Source: Catajapyx aquilonaris (Eukaryota). From it: 64,000 bases of DNA. This document shows positions 39,659 to 53,731 of the stretch, piece by piece. The stretch lies in the NCBI GenBank assembly GCA_000934665.2, contig JYFJ02000072.1, forward strand, positions 1-64,000, in the 5' to 3' direction. Position 1 is the first letter of the stretch. Every line of letters starts with the position of its first letter. A program made the position numbers and the translations under genes. The notes beneath the pieces are model-generated. The model was not told the DNA's origin, did not search any database, and saw only the letters and a program-made list of their open reading frames with translations.

Positions 39659-39874
39659 CAGCCTTCCTCAACTGGCGTTCCGCAAAACCCCAGGGTTTCC
39701 GAGGTCTCTCCGAAGGGTTCCTCGGAGGTATTTGGGTAATGCCTGATTTATGAGTCCAGTAGAGCCATGTATCATGCTGTTGTTTATGTTCATACAAAAT
39801 GTCATGCACAAGATGTCTGCCGAATCTTTGCAATTAAAATGCTTCCTAAACAACAAAATGGTTGAAGACCTCAG
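39659..39874. mobile_element. Degenerate hAT (Charlie-like) MITE
   Basis: Ends CAGCCTTCCTCAACT / GGTTGAAGACCTCAG resemble CAGTGGTTCTCAACC-type TIRs. Internal GTTCCGCAAAACCCCAGGGTTTCCG...GGGTTCC motif. TSD is poor. Confidence 0.42.
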
Positions 39875-42800
39875 AGTTTTAAAGAGATTGTAGACTTAAA
39901 CGTAATTAACATATAATCACAGCATTTTCTATCGTGCATCACTAACTAAAGTAGATGTTTTGGATCGTATCTTAATAAGGAACCGATAAAAATCCTCGGA
40001 CCACATACATATTGCAGAAGAAGTTCTGAATCGGCATTTTCTGGACACTCGACGGAAACATCATTGGCAGACCAAAAGGAGCGTCAGATCCAGATGCTTC
40101 TGTGTAACATCAACATGAAGCAAGAATTTTCGATCCAGGATAAGGATGTCTTCGGGGAAGGAAAATGTGTTTGTTGTGAAGAAAAACTGGAGCGCCGAAT
40201 CGATAGAAAGGAATTTATTTTTCAAAACTTGGTTCAGCCTTTTTCCGGAGAAATATTTTGTCAACTCCTGCAGTTTCCTCTAGCATAACATGCGGGGACC
40301 TCTTTCAATAAATTATCCGTTTTCTTCTGAATGGATCGTACTATAAATTACTCATGTGTGGAGAAGGATTGCTATTTGTTTTTTTACCTGATATACTGCA
40401 GCAGGAGTTCAGCATCGCACTGTATATAGGGAGATCTCGTATGATTTGATATACCGGTAACTTTTTTTTTTTACATGTGCGTAGACTATGCGTACTACTG
40501 TATTTCGATTTTAGTTTGTATGTTTTGAGCGTAGGCTAAATATGACCCATTCGCTGTAGTTTGCATTGCTCTTTGATTTATAGGGATGACAACTAATAAT
40601 TAACAACCCACTCAAAGTATAATTATTTGAAACACTACATCCCTCTTTAGTCTTAACCTATAGACTGAGTTTCCACAAAAATGTAATGACACAGCAGCTC
40701 CGGAGTGGGATTTTCCCAGCTTTTCATGCTGTCCCGTCATTGCATCCGTAAAAAGGACTGGGGGGAAGGGGGGAGGGATGGAAGGGGGATAGAAAGCGAA
40801 CCCTGTTTCACTCTGGCAGGATCTCGCATTCGATTTCCCACCCACCCAGCCTCCCACCTCTGAAACGAATTGCAGGATCCGCCATTTCGATCGCATTTCT
40901 GCTAGAGTTGAGATCGGCTTGTCATCAATTTAACGCTAATGGTTTAACCATGGTGTGTGACTTGGGTGCTAATTGATTCCCGGATGAGAATCCGTTCAGT
41001 AGCTCCACACATATGTACACATCAAGATGAAATAATCCGCTTGGAAATGTGGAGTATTAGGAGGGGGGGGGGTGATTATCGCACTTTGGAGGATTTAATT
41101 CCGCACAGATTGAAAGATAGAGCGTTCGCATTGAATATCTGGCTCTCTGCTGCATCAGTCGGCTGTGCACTTTCTAAGCCTTCCGGAGATTATCCTCAAT
41201 CGATGGAATTCAAGGCAACACCTTGAAGGCGGATTGTGTGCGCCAGGAATTACTTTCTTGCACGTTTAAAGTCATAAGATGTTAAGGGTTTGAGGGAAGA
41301 ATCTGCGGAGACTTTATTTGAAGTTGTATGATCTCTTTTTCCTCCCGCCTTCCAGAAAGTTTTGGCACGTTTTAACTTCAAGATCACTGGCCTCATGAAA
41401 GCGAATCCGCATTGCTGTATATTATACTTTCAGACTTGAATTAAGTCGTGCGTTTTACTGTCGGGCATGTATTGTGTAATAATGCACAATGCAAGTGTAG
41501 TGATAAAATCGTTTTTAATATGCATGTAGCGTGGGGTTAGTTGCGTGAGCTTCCAATTCTATGGGAGGTAATATGGACATAAAACGCGCCATAGCTATTG
41601 CGCCACAACTGCATTGTGCAATTCAAGCGTAATATTACGCTAGTTGTAGATTGTAAGTTGAATAAATTTTTGACAGATGTTTATAGAACCAATTTAAAAA
41701 TTTACGAGAATATTACAAAGTTTGAGGTTCAATATCTGGACTGTATATTCTGCTGGGTGCTGGAGAAGTCTGATTTTTTTGTGTGTGCATTTCCTCGCAG
41801 ACACTGTAGAAAAGCTTATACTGCACTGTATAAGCAGATGGAACATAACTTATAGAGCAAAACTCTGCAAAACTTTTAGTAACCGCTTCTGAGAAATTGA
41901 TAATATCTCTGCAGAATTTATGCTACACTGTCGTCTCTAACTCTAAGGGCTTTTAAAATAATTTGTAAATTTTCATTACGAGATTGCAAGCTGCATTATG
42001 CAAATTAGTATAATTTTCTCACAACTGTGCTCTTGGTTTCGATAATATTACAAGGACCATAATGCAATTGTGAACAATTCCAAGAATAGAATAATTCATG
42101 GACAAGTATAAAAACTGGAGTATACTAATCCTTCTTACCCCTGCGGACATGTTTGGGGAGGTGACAAGTGATTTTCCAGGGCCGGACACGCCAGTCGGGC
42201 CTCCAACTTTTGTGATTATCTGGCCGACATGAGTTTCGGGGGTAGGACCATTGGAGTTTACGTGGGAGGCGGGGAGTGCTGTGCCTAGTAGCTGGGTCGA
42301 GGGCGAGAGAGGGTGTGCTATAGTGCAGGATTGCAGATCAATTTGGAAAATCAATAAGGCCTTAAATCAGGGCCCTCCCTAGGGGCGTAGTGGGAGGGGG
42401 TGGGAGGTGCGTTCCTGCTGCCGGAGAAGAACAAAACCAGTCCTCATGGGATACTCCTTTTTTTTTCTTCGGGTCTCTCCCATTTCCTACTATTACCCGT
42501 GGGGAACCCTCTGGCGGTGGGGTAAAAGGAGCAGGAAGTGGCCTAAAGAGACAGCCTTATTTCAGGAGCCGCCTGCCGCTTCCAAGGGTCACTTCCGACG
42601 CAGTGCGTCACGGATTTTGGGGGGTGGCCCGGAGAATGGTTTAAAGCTGACGGAGCAGGCGCATGGGCCTTACTTTTTTTTTCCAATTATCGGGTCAGGA
42701 ATGCGTTAAAAGGACCGGAGGAATTAAAATGTAATGAGTGTGTATGTGCATAGTTTTAAAAGGGGCCTTTGTCGGCTTAGTGCCATTAGTTGCTCTTGGC

Positions 42801-43967
42801 GTATCAATATTGGACATGGATTGGTTGCTCGGTGTGGGGGTATGGCTGTAAGCAATGTTTGCAGTTTGCGATTTTAATAGAGGAGTTTGAGGCGTGGGGG
42901 ATGTAAAAGTGATTTAGGCTGTGCTTTTAGAAAGGGGTGGTGTTAGGCGGTGTCACTGACACGGGCTGAAATAGCTTTTTGGATGTATGATGGTGGAATG
43001 GTTGTAAATATATTTTACTTGATGGTACACCGCAGTACTGGGTACTCAAAGGGGGGATTTCACGTATGCTATTGGGAACAATTAACATTAGCAAAATCCT
43101 GCTGTGACAGGTCATTGTTAATCACATCTCACTATAGGTGCACCAAGTATGAGTTTTCTATTCAACTGAAGCACATTTCAAAATTTGGGAATCCTAAGAA
43201 TGCCCCCCTTTGTCGTACATACCACTCGCCAAATCGACTAACCCGAGGGTTCACCTTGGCCCATCCCAAATTAAACGGAGGGTGGAAGGTTGCATATTGA
43301 AAGGCTTATTAGCAGCATTTTGGAACACTAATGTCCTTTTTAGTAAAATGTTATTTCGTTAGTTACCTCTATGGCCATGGAAAATGCTAATAATTATATC
43401 CTCATTTAGGTTAAATGAAGCATCCTTTCATATCCTGAATTTAAGAAATCTCCTAACAAAAGACATCAGGGAATTACCCGCTTGGAACCATTGCGTTGTC
43501 ATCCGAGGTCAAAGGCTGAACGTTTTTTATCCAGGCGACCCCGCCTAATAACGTCAACCAATTACAATTAATTAATCTAGCTAATGTGATATTGAGCGAT
43601 CATTTTTTGCAATTCACTGTTGTATAAAAACTGCTCAATAAAAAGCAGTTGGGTATACAGAATTTATAATGACTAACGTGATTATTTAGTGGTACCGGTA
43701 CCTCTGTAAAGTTGCCACGAAACACTACCTTACAGGTGAAATAACTTAATTAAGAATTCCCCACACATTAAAAAAAATGCCTGAGTATGTTTTGTGCCAC
43801 ATGTCACAGGTTACTGTTGCTTAGCACTTGTTGGAACGTTCCGAAGCTTGCTGTCCTATGCAACTCAACCATGACGTGCCATAGGCGTCCCTTGAGGTTA
43901 TGTGGATAAAACAGTGTGATAAATAAAGTTTTCCACTTGTTTCTCTGGCAGGAGGAGGCTGGGGGCC

Positions 43968-44628
43968 ATGCAGGGTTGGCGCGGAGGCCGTCGGGCCCGT
44001 CCCCGCCCCCCTCCCCCACCGTCGCCGCCATGTCCAGCAGCATTTTCGTCGTTGCCGTCGCCGTCAGCCACGTTGGAGGGTCCTCCTCAGATGTCGATGT
44101 CTCCTCCTCCGCCGCACCACATCGAGAGGCGCATCGACCATTTCCTGGAGCGCTTCCGGAAGAGCACAGCCATGGCCATGGAGCAACGGCGCCAGCAGGA
44201 GGAAGAAGATGACGAGGACAACAACCACAGGAGGAACAACCGCAGGAGGCACAACAATGCGTCCACCAAGACGCCCCCTTCCTCGTTCCCGTTCACCATG
44301 TTCCCGGTCAGGAGGAGCCGCAGCGCGCTCTTTCCGACCGAGATCTCCCCGATGCACCACCGCCAGCCGGTACCGCCGACACCGCCTCCGCGACAACTAC
44401 CGCAGCCGCCGACAGCCACCCCGAGGAGGTCACCTCTGAACCTCTCTCCGGCGGCGCTGACTGCCCTTCCGCTGTTCCTCCGACGCTCACTGCCGGCTTT
44501 TTACTACGACCCCCCGTCGCACCACCAGCACCACCAACACCACTCGGCCGCTGCCTCCACCTTCTCTTCCTCCGCCTCCTCTTGCGGCTCGGCCTCTTCC
44601 GCCACCTCCATTGCCGACGATTTGTCTG
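43968..44628 (+). CDS. Isolated coding exon of an unidentified gene (low-complexity Pro/His/Ser/acidic region, about 220 aa, partial)
   Basis: Sharply bounded GC-rich block. Acceptor TTCCACTTGTTTCTCTGGCAG| at 43951, GCCATG at 43968, open frame to the phase-1 donor TCTG|GTGAGT at 44629. No recognisable domain. Confidence 0.6.
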
Positions 44629-47600
44629 GTGAGTAAATCACTTTTACTTTCAACGACACCGTCGTATTCAAGTGAGCCAACGTGAGTGGTGATTAAAACA
44701 CCTACTGACCTACATCATAATCGCTCTTCGCGAAGAGCAAGTTTGTCACAGCGTAATTCTTGGTGTGGTATTACAATCCTATTTTAGATATTGCTTGTGA
44801 TGAGGAAATTGTTTCTGGCATGGGTTAAGTAATTGGGAGAGTACATTGCTGTGGAGGGAATCACTGAACCACCGTGTAATATTCAGGCAGGCTCGAATTG
44901 AAGTGGCTGAGGCGTTATTGCCTCATTTCTCCCTAGTTAATTCAGTAACAGAATTAGTGAGAAGCGTACCGGTATATCTAGGCGCTATTGCAAGCATGCT
45001 AATATTGACCCATTAATATATTTACACACCCCATTTACATATGCAAATTGGACAAATACACTAGTTCACTTCCACAGTTGGCGAAATACGCATGTCATTT
45101 ATTACTTATAAGGAAGCATGCGGTAATGACATCGATGATGATTACGGCTAATGCAAGTAGCCTCTCCAGACCTTCCCAACTTTATCCTGAGCCATTATGC
45201 AACCCAAGAGCCTCCCTTGTCTGGCGGTCATCCCGTAGTTCGGGGGGCTGAAGTGGGCGCACCTTGAGAGGTGGCCGTTCCCACTCGAGTCGTCGATCTC
45301 CAAAAGCGGAACAAGAGGTGCCTCTTAGTGGGAAAGATGCCCGTATATATCCGGGGGAATTGCAAGGATTAGCTGACGGAAGCGGTAGCGGAAGATTGGC
45401 GTGCATCTTGCATGCCGAGTCGTATCCGCTTTTTGGGTGCGTTCTTAAGGGCCGTTTCCAGTCCGCGTTCCTAAGCCCTCAATCAAGATCTGCCAACCCT
45501 TCCGTTCGATAGCAGACGGGAAGATTTTTTTTTTCTTTCTTCTTCTTGGTTCCAGTACCTACCTTTTTTTATTATTATTTTGATGTCGTTCTTGGGCGTC
45601 GGTTTCTATCCGCCATCTTCTGGATTCGGAAGCAAGCGGGCTCGATTCAGAGCTTCCTCCGCAGATGGAGTTCCGGAGTTTGTGTGGGGAAGAGGGCCTG
45701 TTGAGAGCGGTGATGTGGGGCGGGACTTATGGTTACAGTGTGTATTTGAATAGGGAGATGGTTCCGTATATTTTAGGTGGCCGTGGGCATTTTGAAAGGG
45801 GAACCCGATATAGATTGGTAATGCGACATATTTCATTGCGCAATGTATGAATGACTGATAATTTGATGTTTGTCAGGGTGCAATTATCGCTTCGATGCGA
45901 ATGTGAAATGAACTCGCGGTTGTGCATTTTGCAAATATTTTGAATATGTGGCACTACCGTAGGGCATATAAATATGCGCATTGTTTATGCACTGTATGTG
46001 CTCTGCATAGCGTGCTCTGTGAAACGTGAGCTGTCATTACTAATAATATGGATATAGATTTACTTGAGAGTTTTGTCAATATTTATTTGGTGATATTTGA
46101 AAGATGACCCTTATTAGCTATTTTTGTGCTTAATGTAAGTGGAACAGGACCTGTGGCGAGTTGGGGTGTTGTTGCAAAATTTGATAATATAGTGATACTG
46201 AACTTTCACTGCCTGGCTCAGTAATTGGGGTCGTGCTTCTGCATTTCAATTATGGATGTGCTCTTTTGTTTCATATTGAAAGGTGAGAGTACCGACACAA
46301 AATGTATGCGAAAAAATACTGTTGTTTTATTATTGCAGTGGAACTACTTATAGCTACTTCTGTAATAATTTACAAGTCAGACAAAAAATATATCATATTG
46401 CAATATCTTTGTTTCAATACCTCGATATACGTTACCAGTGCTTTGTTCTGTACTATTGTGTTTATAATGTGCTTGAAATACCAATAATGTTTCCATATAT
46501 AACCACACATAACTACAGATATGTGTGCTAAGTTATATGATCATGAATCTGTGAACTTGTTATCCATCCTTACGTAGTGTTTACGGCACTTTAAGTACGG
46601 TAATTAAGCTATTTCACAGAATGATACTCTTCTACGATTATTTACAGCAGACATTTTGAATCCGGTCCCCCTTATTGATCAGCCTGCACTCCATTCTATT
46701 ATGGGCTGCAGGTCATAACCATGCAGTTTATTTGTAGTGGTTGCTTTCCATGTGGTCGTTCCTGTCATTTATTGACGAACAGAACATGCACGTGACTTGA
46801 CTCTTGAATATGTTGACTCTGCGTTGCCGCCACCCCAATTCTCAAGACTGGGCTTTTTTTAAAGTCATTTGCTAGCACGAGAAAATCGTGGAATGTTTAA
46901 AATTTGTTCTGGCCCTGTTGCAGGGTAGCGAAAAATGCAGTATTCACTCAGGTTTTTTTTCAGTGAGTTTGGTGTTGTCGTAATTGATTTTTCCACTGGA
47001 TGATTATAAATTGTAAATTGATTTGGCCCGTGTTGTGAACAAAGGTAAATCAGTGCTGTTTTTCTTGCAAAAACATTTTAAAATTATAGGGTCTGTCTAC
47101 TTTTACTGCTATAGTTAACAGTACAACCGTCAACAACTAGTAGTCAGGCTAACCCATGAAAAGGAGGTAGATGTAACCGATCAGAGGGCATAGGATTGTG
47201 AAGAACCATGCTTAGAAGGAGGCTGAGCAGTGACTTAACAGTATAGGGCGAAAAACGATTGCGGATGGATAATGCATGATTTAATGAAGCATATGTATGC
47301 ATTAAAAATGGTTGAGGGTTCCAGAGAGAGGAATCGGGAATATGCAGAGTTATAGGCTCATTTTCAGAAGCTGAAACATTGAATTCCTTGAAAAAAGTAA
47401 CCCCCGATGAGCTAGATTAAGGCGGTGTAGGGGCATTCCCCTGGATTTCTATAGCGAGGCCACAAACAAACAATTCGACAAACAAATCCACAAACTCACA
47501 AACGCACTAAATTATAGATATATATTCATTTTATTAGCCATAATGCTGCACTTGCAATAATTCTTGAAACGTGTTATCTGCAGTTGTTACCATCTCACAG

Positions 47601-48127
47601 CCGTCAGTTTGTTGGCGATAATGGCCTAACCTAAAAGTATCGCTGTTAACTTTATAATAGAGTTGAAATGCGGAACGATCAGTCTCATTTTGGTTGAAAT
47701 TCAGTTAAACACATTGTGTAACGCAGATCTTTGGCTCCTATATACTTTGTGATGGTCAAGTCAACTTGCTGCTATAGATCAATTGCAGTAACACGGAGAA
47801 ATTCTTGAAAATAAGTGATCTCACAAGGGACAAGGATAACTTCAAGGTAGAGTATACCGGCAAGTTGGTCCTCAAAAATCATAAAGAATTACTGTGTGTG
47901 TGTGTGTGTTTTAAAATTTTATGGCCCACAAGTCAATTCCACCATGTTAAAATCGTAATCTGCCTCGAGATACTTTTTATAGTAGTTTTATATTTATAGT
48001 AGTAGTTTTATGGTAGTACTTCGTCGCCGTGACTTCACGTGTACAGTATACTACAAGCATGGCCGTCACCTCATATTTGCCTTGAAATGTTACTCCTATG
48101 CTAAATACTGTATGTTATACTGCTGAA

Positions 48128-48158
<31 letters not shown>

Positions 48159-48160
48159 CA
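48128..48160. repeat. (CA)n microsatellite
   Basis: Interrupted AC repeat; a (TG)8 tract lies nearby at about 47894-47909. Confidence 0.8.
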
Positions 48161-51100
48161 CTGACAACAAAATATCAGAAAATATTTTCTGATATATATT
48201 TTGAGTTGGTTTTATGTGAATCGGCTTGTTCTTCAATATTCAGACCTTCATTTGTAATTATTCCCTGGCTAATTAAGATAAAGGGTACAGTACAACTTGG
48301 CAGTGTGTGTTTCTTTTGAAATGTTTGGGCTCTTTTGACTTATGTTAGTGTCACTTGACAATTTGGAGAGAACTCATTGAAGTCAAATACCCTGTTCATC
48401 ACTAAAAATTTAGATCACCATCAAGCATGGCATTACAGCACAGTGCCTACAAACTGCATTACATCTGACAGGTATCTGCTCATTGATGCCTGCAACTCAG
48501 ACAACCTCGCATTTTATTCGATCCATCTGCGCTGATTCGCAGTCTATAAAATCAGAGAGGTCACATCCCAGTTTGCAGAGGCCGGCTAGGAGGATCAAAT
48601 CTCTTATCCAGAGTGGTTCCGGAGTAAATAATGAAATGAGGAAAGTGAAAGAGGCGCCATCCGAGAGGCTAGAAGAGAGTACTCCTTGTGTGCCAGAAAA
48701 GCTCCAGAGGGGCGCAGTTTAGTTCCTCCGGTCGATATGCAGGCCGGGATCAGTGGCCGGAGGATGCCCCAAATTTCCAGGCCCCACCCTGGGCCCTTTT
48801 TCGGACAGATAGACGACTGCTTCCTCTATAGTTCTTCGGGACTTTTAAAAAAATATAAAAGGAGTTGCTGATGGCAGCAACCACAGAGTCGGAACTTGTT
48901 GCGTTTTTCGGACGCCTGACTGCGTTTGTGGATGGGGGAACTGTCTTTTTGTCAGGGTTGCGAACGCGCCCTGACTGCAATTTGGGCGTCAAGTTGGGGG
49001 AACACATGATGTAGTGGGGGCACGTTTCAGCCGGAGGGTGTCAGGTCCATGGTGGAGGGTTGAAGGTTGATGTGGCGGTGTACGTTGAAGGTGCACAAGT
49101 TCGGGAAGGGCGTACTTTGTGTGGGTACTGAGTGACCGGTGGTGCGGTCATGCGGTAGGAAGCGTAACTATACCATTGTTTCATTGCAACCATTGTGTGG
49201 TACTTTGGGCATGTGTAATGACCACACGGGGACTTTTAAGCACTGTTAAACTTTTTAGCAAGGTCCCCAGATAATATTGTGTGCTGCAGGTTGTGACTGA
49301 ATGTAATATGATAAGTAAAAATTGCCATCAAAAATTAGTGACATTGATGCTTGCAATATTCGTAAATATGCGGAAGAATAAGAAGGAACATAGCATAAGT
49401 CAATTGTAATGCGATATTGTTAGTAAATGACACTGGAAATCATTCGATTTCAAGGGAAGAAATCAAAATTACTCTAATTAAGCCAAAACCCCTTATGTTT
49501 AACAGAATTGCAACTTTTTCACACCATAGATTTTTAAAAATTGCTTTACGTGTAACAGCTTAATTTATTTCCATCTGAAAGTCACTGCGGTTGCTGCCGA
49601 GAACGCCCTTTAAATTTCGTTGAGAGGGTCCCGCGGTATGTATTTCCGGAAATTCCCTAAAGTGATTGCATTGTAATTGAGTAACCCCCCTGTAAGCAGG
49701 TTAGGAAATGAAAACGGGGGCGAGGGTGATGGCGAAATTGCATTGCAATCACAACCCTGTTAAGATCTTAGAGTAATCAGGGTGGACCCCTCGCTAGAGC
49801 CATGGACTCTAATCCAGAGTCGACATTGCGCAATAATTATAGCGCTTAAGGAAAATCCGTGCGGGAGTAGCCCCTTCTATGTGAATTGGAGAAAGGAGTG
49901 TCATTTGCGATTTTGAGGCCTTACCGCATACTCCATATCGGGTGACTTGCTATAGCCCAGACTGATGTGACATTTTGACTGGGAGAGGCTTTTAGTGCCG
50001 TCACACAAGTGCGTTTTTCTGTTGAGACTCCCAGACCCAGTCGGTAAAAAGGGAGTGGCAAAAAATTGGCTGCACTTTACATTATTCAGTTTGAAGCAAT
50101 TTTCTGGGAAACCAAATGCAAAGATGATCCTATATTACAGTACTAACAGGATAACAAACAGTTGAACGTGGCCTTGAAATACATAATTATATATCAGAGT
50201 GTAACAGTTGATCACAGGATCTGCTGCAATCTTTGTTACGGGAAGTTGCTAAGTACAACGTGGTAAAATTCATCTTCACGTATAGGGGTTTAAACAGGAT
50301 AATTGCTGGGCTGCACACGTATCAGGACTCATTACCGCTTGTATCAGAATTACACTTCCTCCCGGCATTTGCAAGTGTTCCGCAAGATAGCCATCCCTAA
50401 TTGCGTACCCAGCAAAATAATTATTCCACTACACTGGCAGGTTCAGGGGAAAATTTTCGTCTACTTTATAGCTGCAACGGGAATTTATCCTCGACTTGGC
50501 GTGTCGTGCTCGCGTATAATACATAGTTAGTGCTGCTGACGAGCTCTTGTTTATTAAGGTTTATCTCAAGCTCGCAAAAGAGTTACTCCTATTCATGCTC
50601 GGAGTAAATCCCGTGGGTCGTGCTCAGGTAAAAAGTGGTAGCAAATAATCGGGCCTTCTCCCGATAGGCTTCCCGCATTGCGACGAGTAGTGTGTAAATT
50701 TTCCCACAAAAAGCTTTGGATTTGAGAAAGGAAAGTCTTAGCTTCGTGAGTTATTACATGGGATGCATCAGTAAGGAGCGAAATAGGAACCAAAAAAACA
50801 GTAATGGGATTCGAGTAGAGGCTGCGAAGATATATGGAAACATTTTCTCTTCATAACGATTCATCCAGGTAAAGAGATTTATTGTATGCATACGGTTCCA
50901 TAAGTAACTTATGGCGGTAGTGTAAATAAACGCGCTTTTTTATTAGTGGCGTCTACTAAATAGCAATAAGCTCACACCCAGGTCGTATAGGTTGATGGAT
51001 GATGATAGTTTTCAGTAGCGATCAGTTTTACGTTACTTGAATCATTAATGAATGGGAGAAATTCTGTAATATGAGTAATGACATTAGTTGTGTCCAAATA

Positions 51101-53169
51101 TGCTATGAGTCATCATTATATTGATATCTTGTAGTGATTTTTTAACACTCATAGTCAACTTATGAATGTTTCTTAAATCAATGGAAACAAGATCGCGCCT
51201 GCTGATGAACTTTTGTCTCTCACGTAGAGTTTAAGTTGATGGAAAAACTGACTATTATTAAATTCTATATTTCACATCCCCAATAAACCCAAACTTGATG
51301 ACATTGCCGGGAAAACAAGGTCACCGTTAATGCTATATTTGTTTCTGAACTTTTATACTAAATTTGTCCCTTTATTGTTTTGGTGTGCTCATTAAAACCC
51401 CAGCATTTGGTCTCTGTTTAATGGAAATGGCTTATTACAACACCTCCATTGTGGCGAAAACACTTCCAGTGGAGCGTAATGCCCACACCTTTTGTGGACA
51501 CAATTGAGTCGGAATTGGACCTCCGATAGTGTCTCTAGGGGCTTATGGAAATGAGGATCTGGAGAAAAGCCAATCTTCCCTTACGGCCCTTTAATATCAT
51601 AATGGGAACACGACCTTCGGTGAGAATTCGCCAACGTGCCTTCTGGGAAGCAGAAGGAAAAATGTAGGAAAGGCAATGTGACATGTGTCGCTTTCAGCCT
51701 AGCAGCTTGACACCACAACTGCATGTCCTTGCAACACCCTTGTGTCTCACAAGCAGTTTCAACTTGATGAAATATTTATAGTACTAGTGAGGCTATGTAA
51801 TTTATGTAAAGCCTTATTGCCTTACTACAATATTTTGATTTGTTTTTAATAGTTTGGAGGCACACTATACCTTGCATCTGATATCTTCGATGTAGGGTCC
51901 TCCCTTTATTCCTTACCCAGTGCTTCGCAATTTGCCCACAAGCCCGGTTTCTAGTGCCGCCAGTGTATTAGGCTACAACTTCAAAATGGAGAAAAATTAA
52001 ATGGAGGCGGAAACCCAATAATTGCAGTTCGTTCCATATAGAGTCGCCCATTTTGTGTGGCGTGCTGGAGGTTAAGGCAAAATGGAAGGTGGGTTACTTC
52101 CTCTACCACCATTTCCGGCTGCCATTTATCCCATGGCGGGGGTGACCACCACTCCGATTAACTCTTTCGTGCTGCGGGTTTATAGCCGTTTCGATTAAGT
52201 GCTGATACCTTTATAATTGCATACCAGGACTAGATTTAGGGCGAGATTTTTTTTCTGGCACCTTCGTCTTGAATATTTTGGGGGAAAGGGGGGTGTCAGT
52301 ATATCATCCACTTATGTTTGATAAGTAGTTTTGTTCGAGATCCGATCTTCCGATGGGTTGTAATTTTCAGCAGGTATTTTTGCACCATTGATCGGATTTC
52401 GGGGAGCAGTAAAATGCAGAAGAGTAGAATTCCTTGGTTTCATTATAGGCCTGTGTGCTGGGAAATTTTCCACTGGTTTATTTATGCGGTAGTAAAACTT
52501 TCAGCTAGATTGCCCCGCCTATACTATACTGCTGACAAAGCCTTGCTTTCGTAGCTGTGTGGAGCTTATATCATTTTTAAAATGAACCATTTAAGAAGTT
52601 TGATGTTTCCTTTGAATTGAACTTTTCTTACGTCCAGGAACGTCTTTATATGCGAGGGGATCCTGTGCTAGGAATATGGACGCTGAAATCGCCTTTTTCC
52701 TTCCATTATTGATCAGCCAATCCTCCTCCTGAGTAGAAAAAGTTCAGTAAACGAGGATTCCATTTTGCTGAACTTTCCTTCGTTAATGCTAAATGCCATA
52801 ATGAAACACGACAAGCATACCCAGCACGGATTTACTTGGGCATCGTACACGTGCAATTAATTCAAATGAAAGTCACTCAAGAGGCGAGGCAAATAGGATG
52901 AATTCATTTTGTGAGAGCATGGCATTCACTCTTTCACTGAAGGAAACTAATGCGAACATCCAACAGAACATGGGCCCAGCTCCAATGTGAATTATTATGT
53001 AGCTGATATTGATCTATGTGGGACTATTCTTTTCTGCTTAATTTGACTCGAGTATGTGCAACTCAGATTGTATATGTGCACAACTGCTGGGTTTGTCTTC
53101 ATCATTTGTTTCAACTTGATTGTCAGGTTTTCACGTGTTGGCGGAACATTTATACAGTTTGTGTATATA

Positions 53170-53731
53170 CAGGGTGTTTATTGTAACTCTGCAAAGACTT
53201 TCAGGGGTAATAGAGGGGACCAAGACAAGTATTTTTGACATAGGAACCCGTGTCCGGAAACGCCATCTAGAGGGGGTTCATAGACAAGGAACGGGTGCGC
53301 TCAGACGCGTCACGCGGGAGGCGCTAGTCGAGCTGACTGTTTTGTTGATAGATGGCGCGCAGTTGTTGCCAGGTTATGGCGTATCGCGTTGTTGTTTACT
53401 TACAACAACGCGATACGCCATAACTTGGCAACAACAAATCCGCTGTTGACTATCCGCGCATCTCCGAGGAGGCGTACTTTAGTTGCTAGATGGCTCTGCT
53501 GTTGCCAGGTTATAGCACATCGCATCGGTGTTTACTATCCGAGCGCCATCTGTCAACAAAACAGTCCGCTCGCCTAGCGCCTCCCGCATGAAGCGTCTGA
53601 GCGCACCCGTTCCTTGTCTATGAACCCCCTCTAGATGGCGTTTCCGGACACAGGTTCCTATGTCAAAAATACTTGTCTTGGTCCCCTCTATTACCCCTGA
53701 AAGTCTTTGCAGAGTTACAATAAACACCCTG
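53170..53731. mobile_element. Foldback MITE, Tc1/mariner type (562 bp, about 190-bp TIRs)
   Basis: TA-CAGGGTGTTTATTGTAACTCTGCAAAGACTTTCAGGGG... / ...CCCCTGAAAGTCTTTGCAGAGTTACAATAAACACCCTG-TA. Arms differ at only a handful of positions. No transposase ORF. Confidence 0.92.

Noticed and set aside
43094..43116. 13-nt match (- strand) to the 3' part of insect miR-1000
   Set aside because: Seed differs and there is no hairpin; chance match.
53120..53727. Pair of similar ORFs on opposite strands (FIVTLQRLSGVIEGTK...)
   Set aside because: Artefact of the MITE inverted arms; no transposase motifs.
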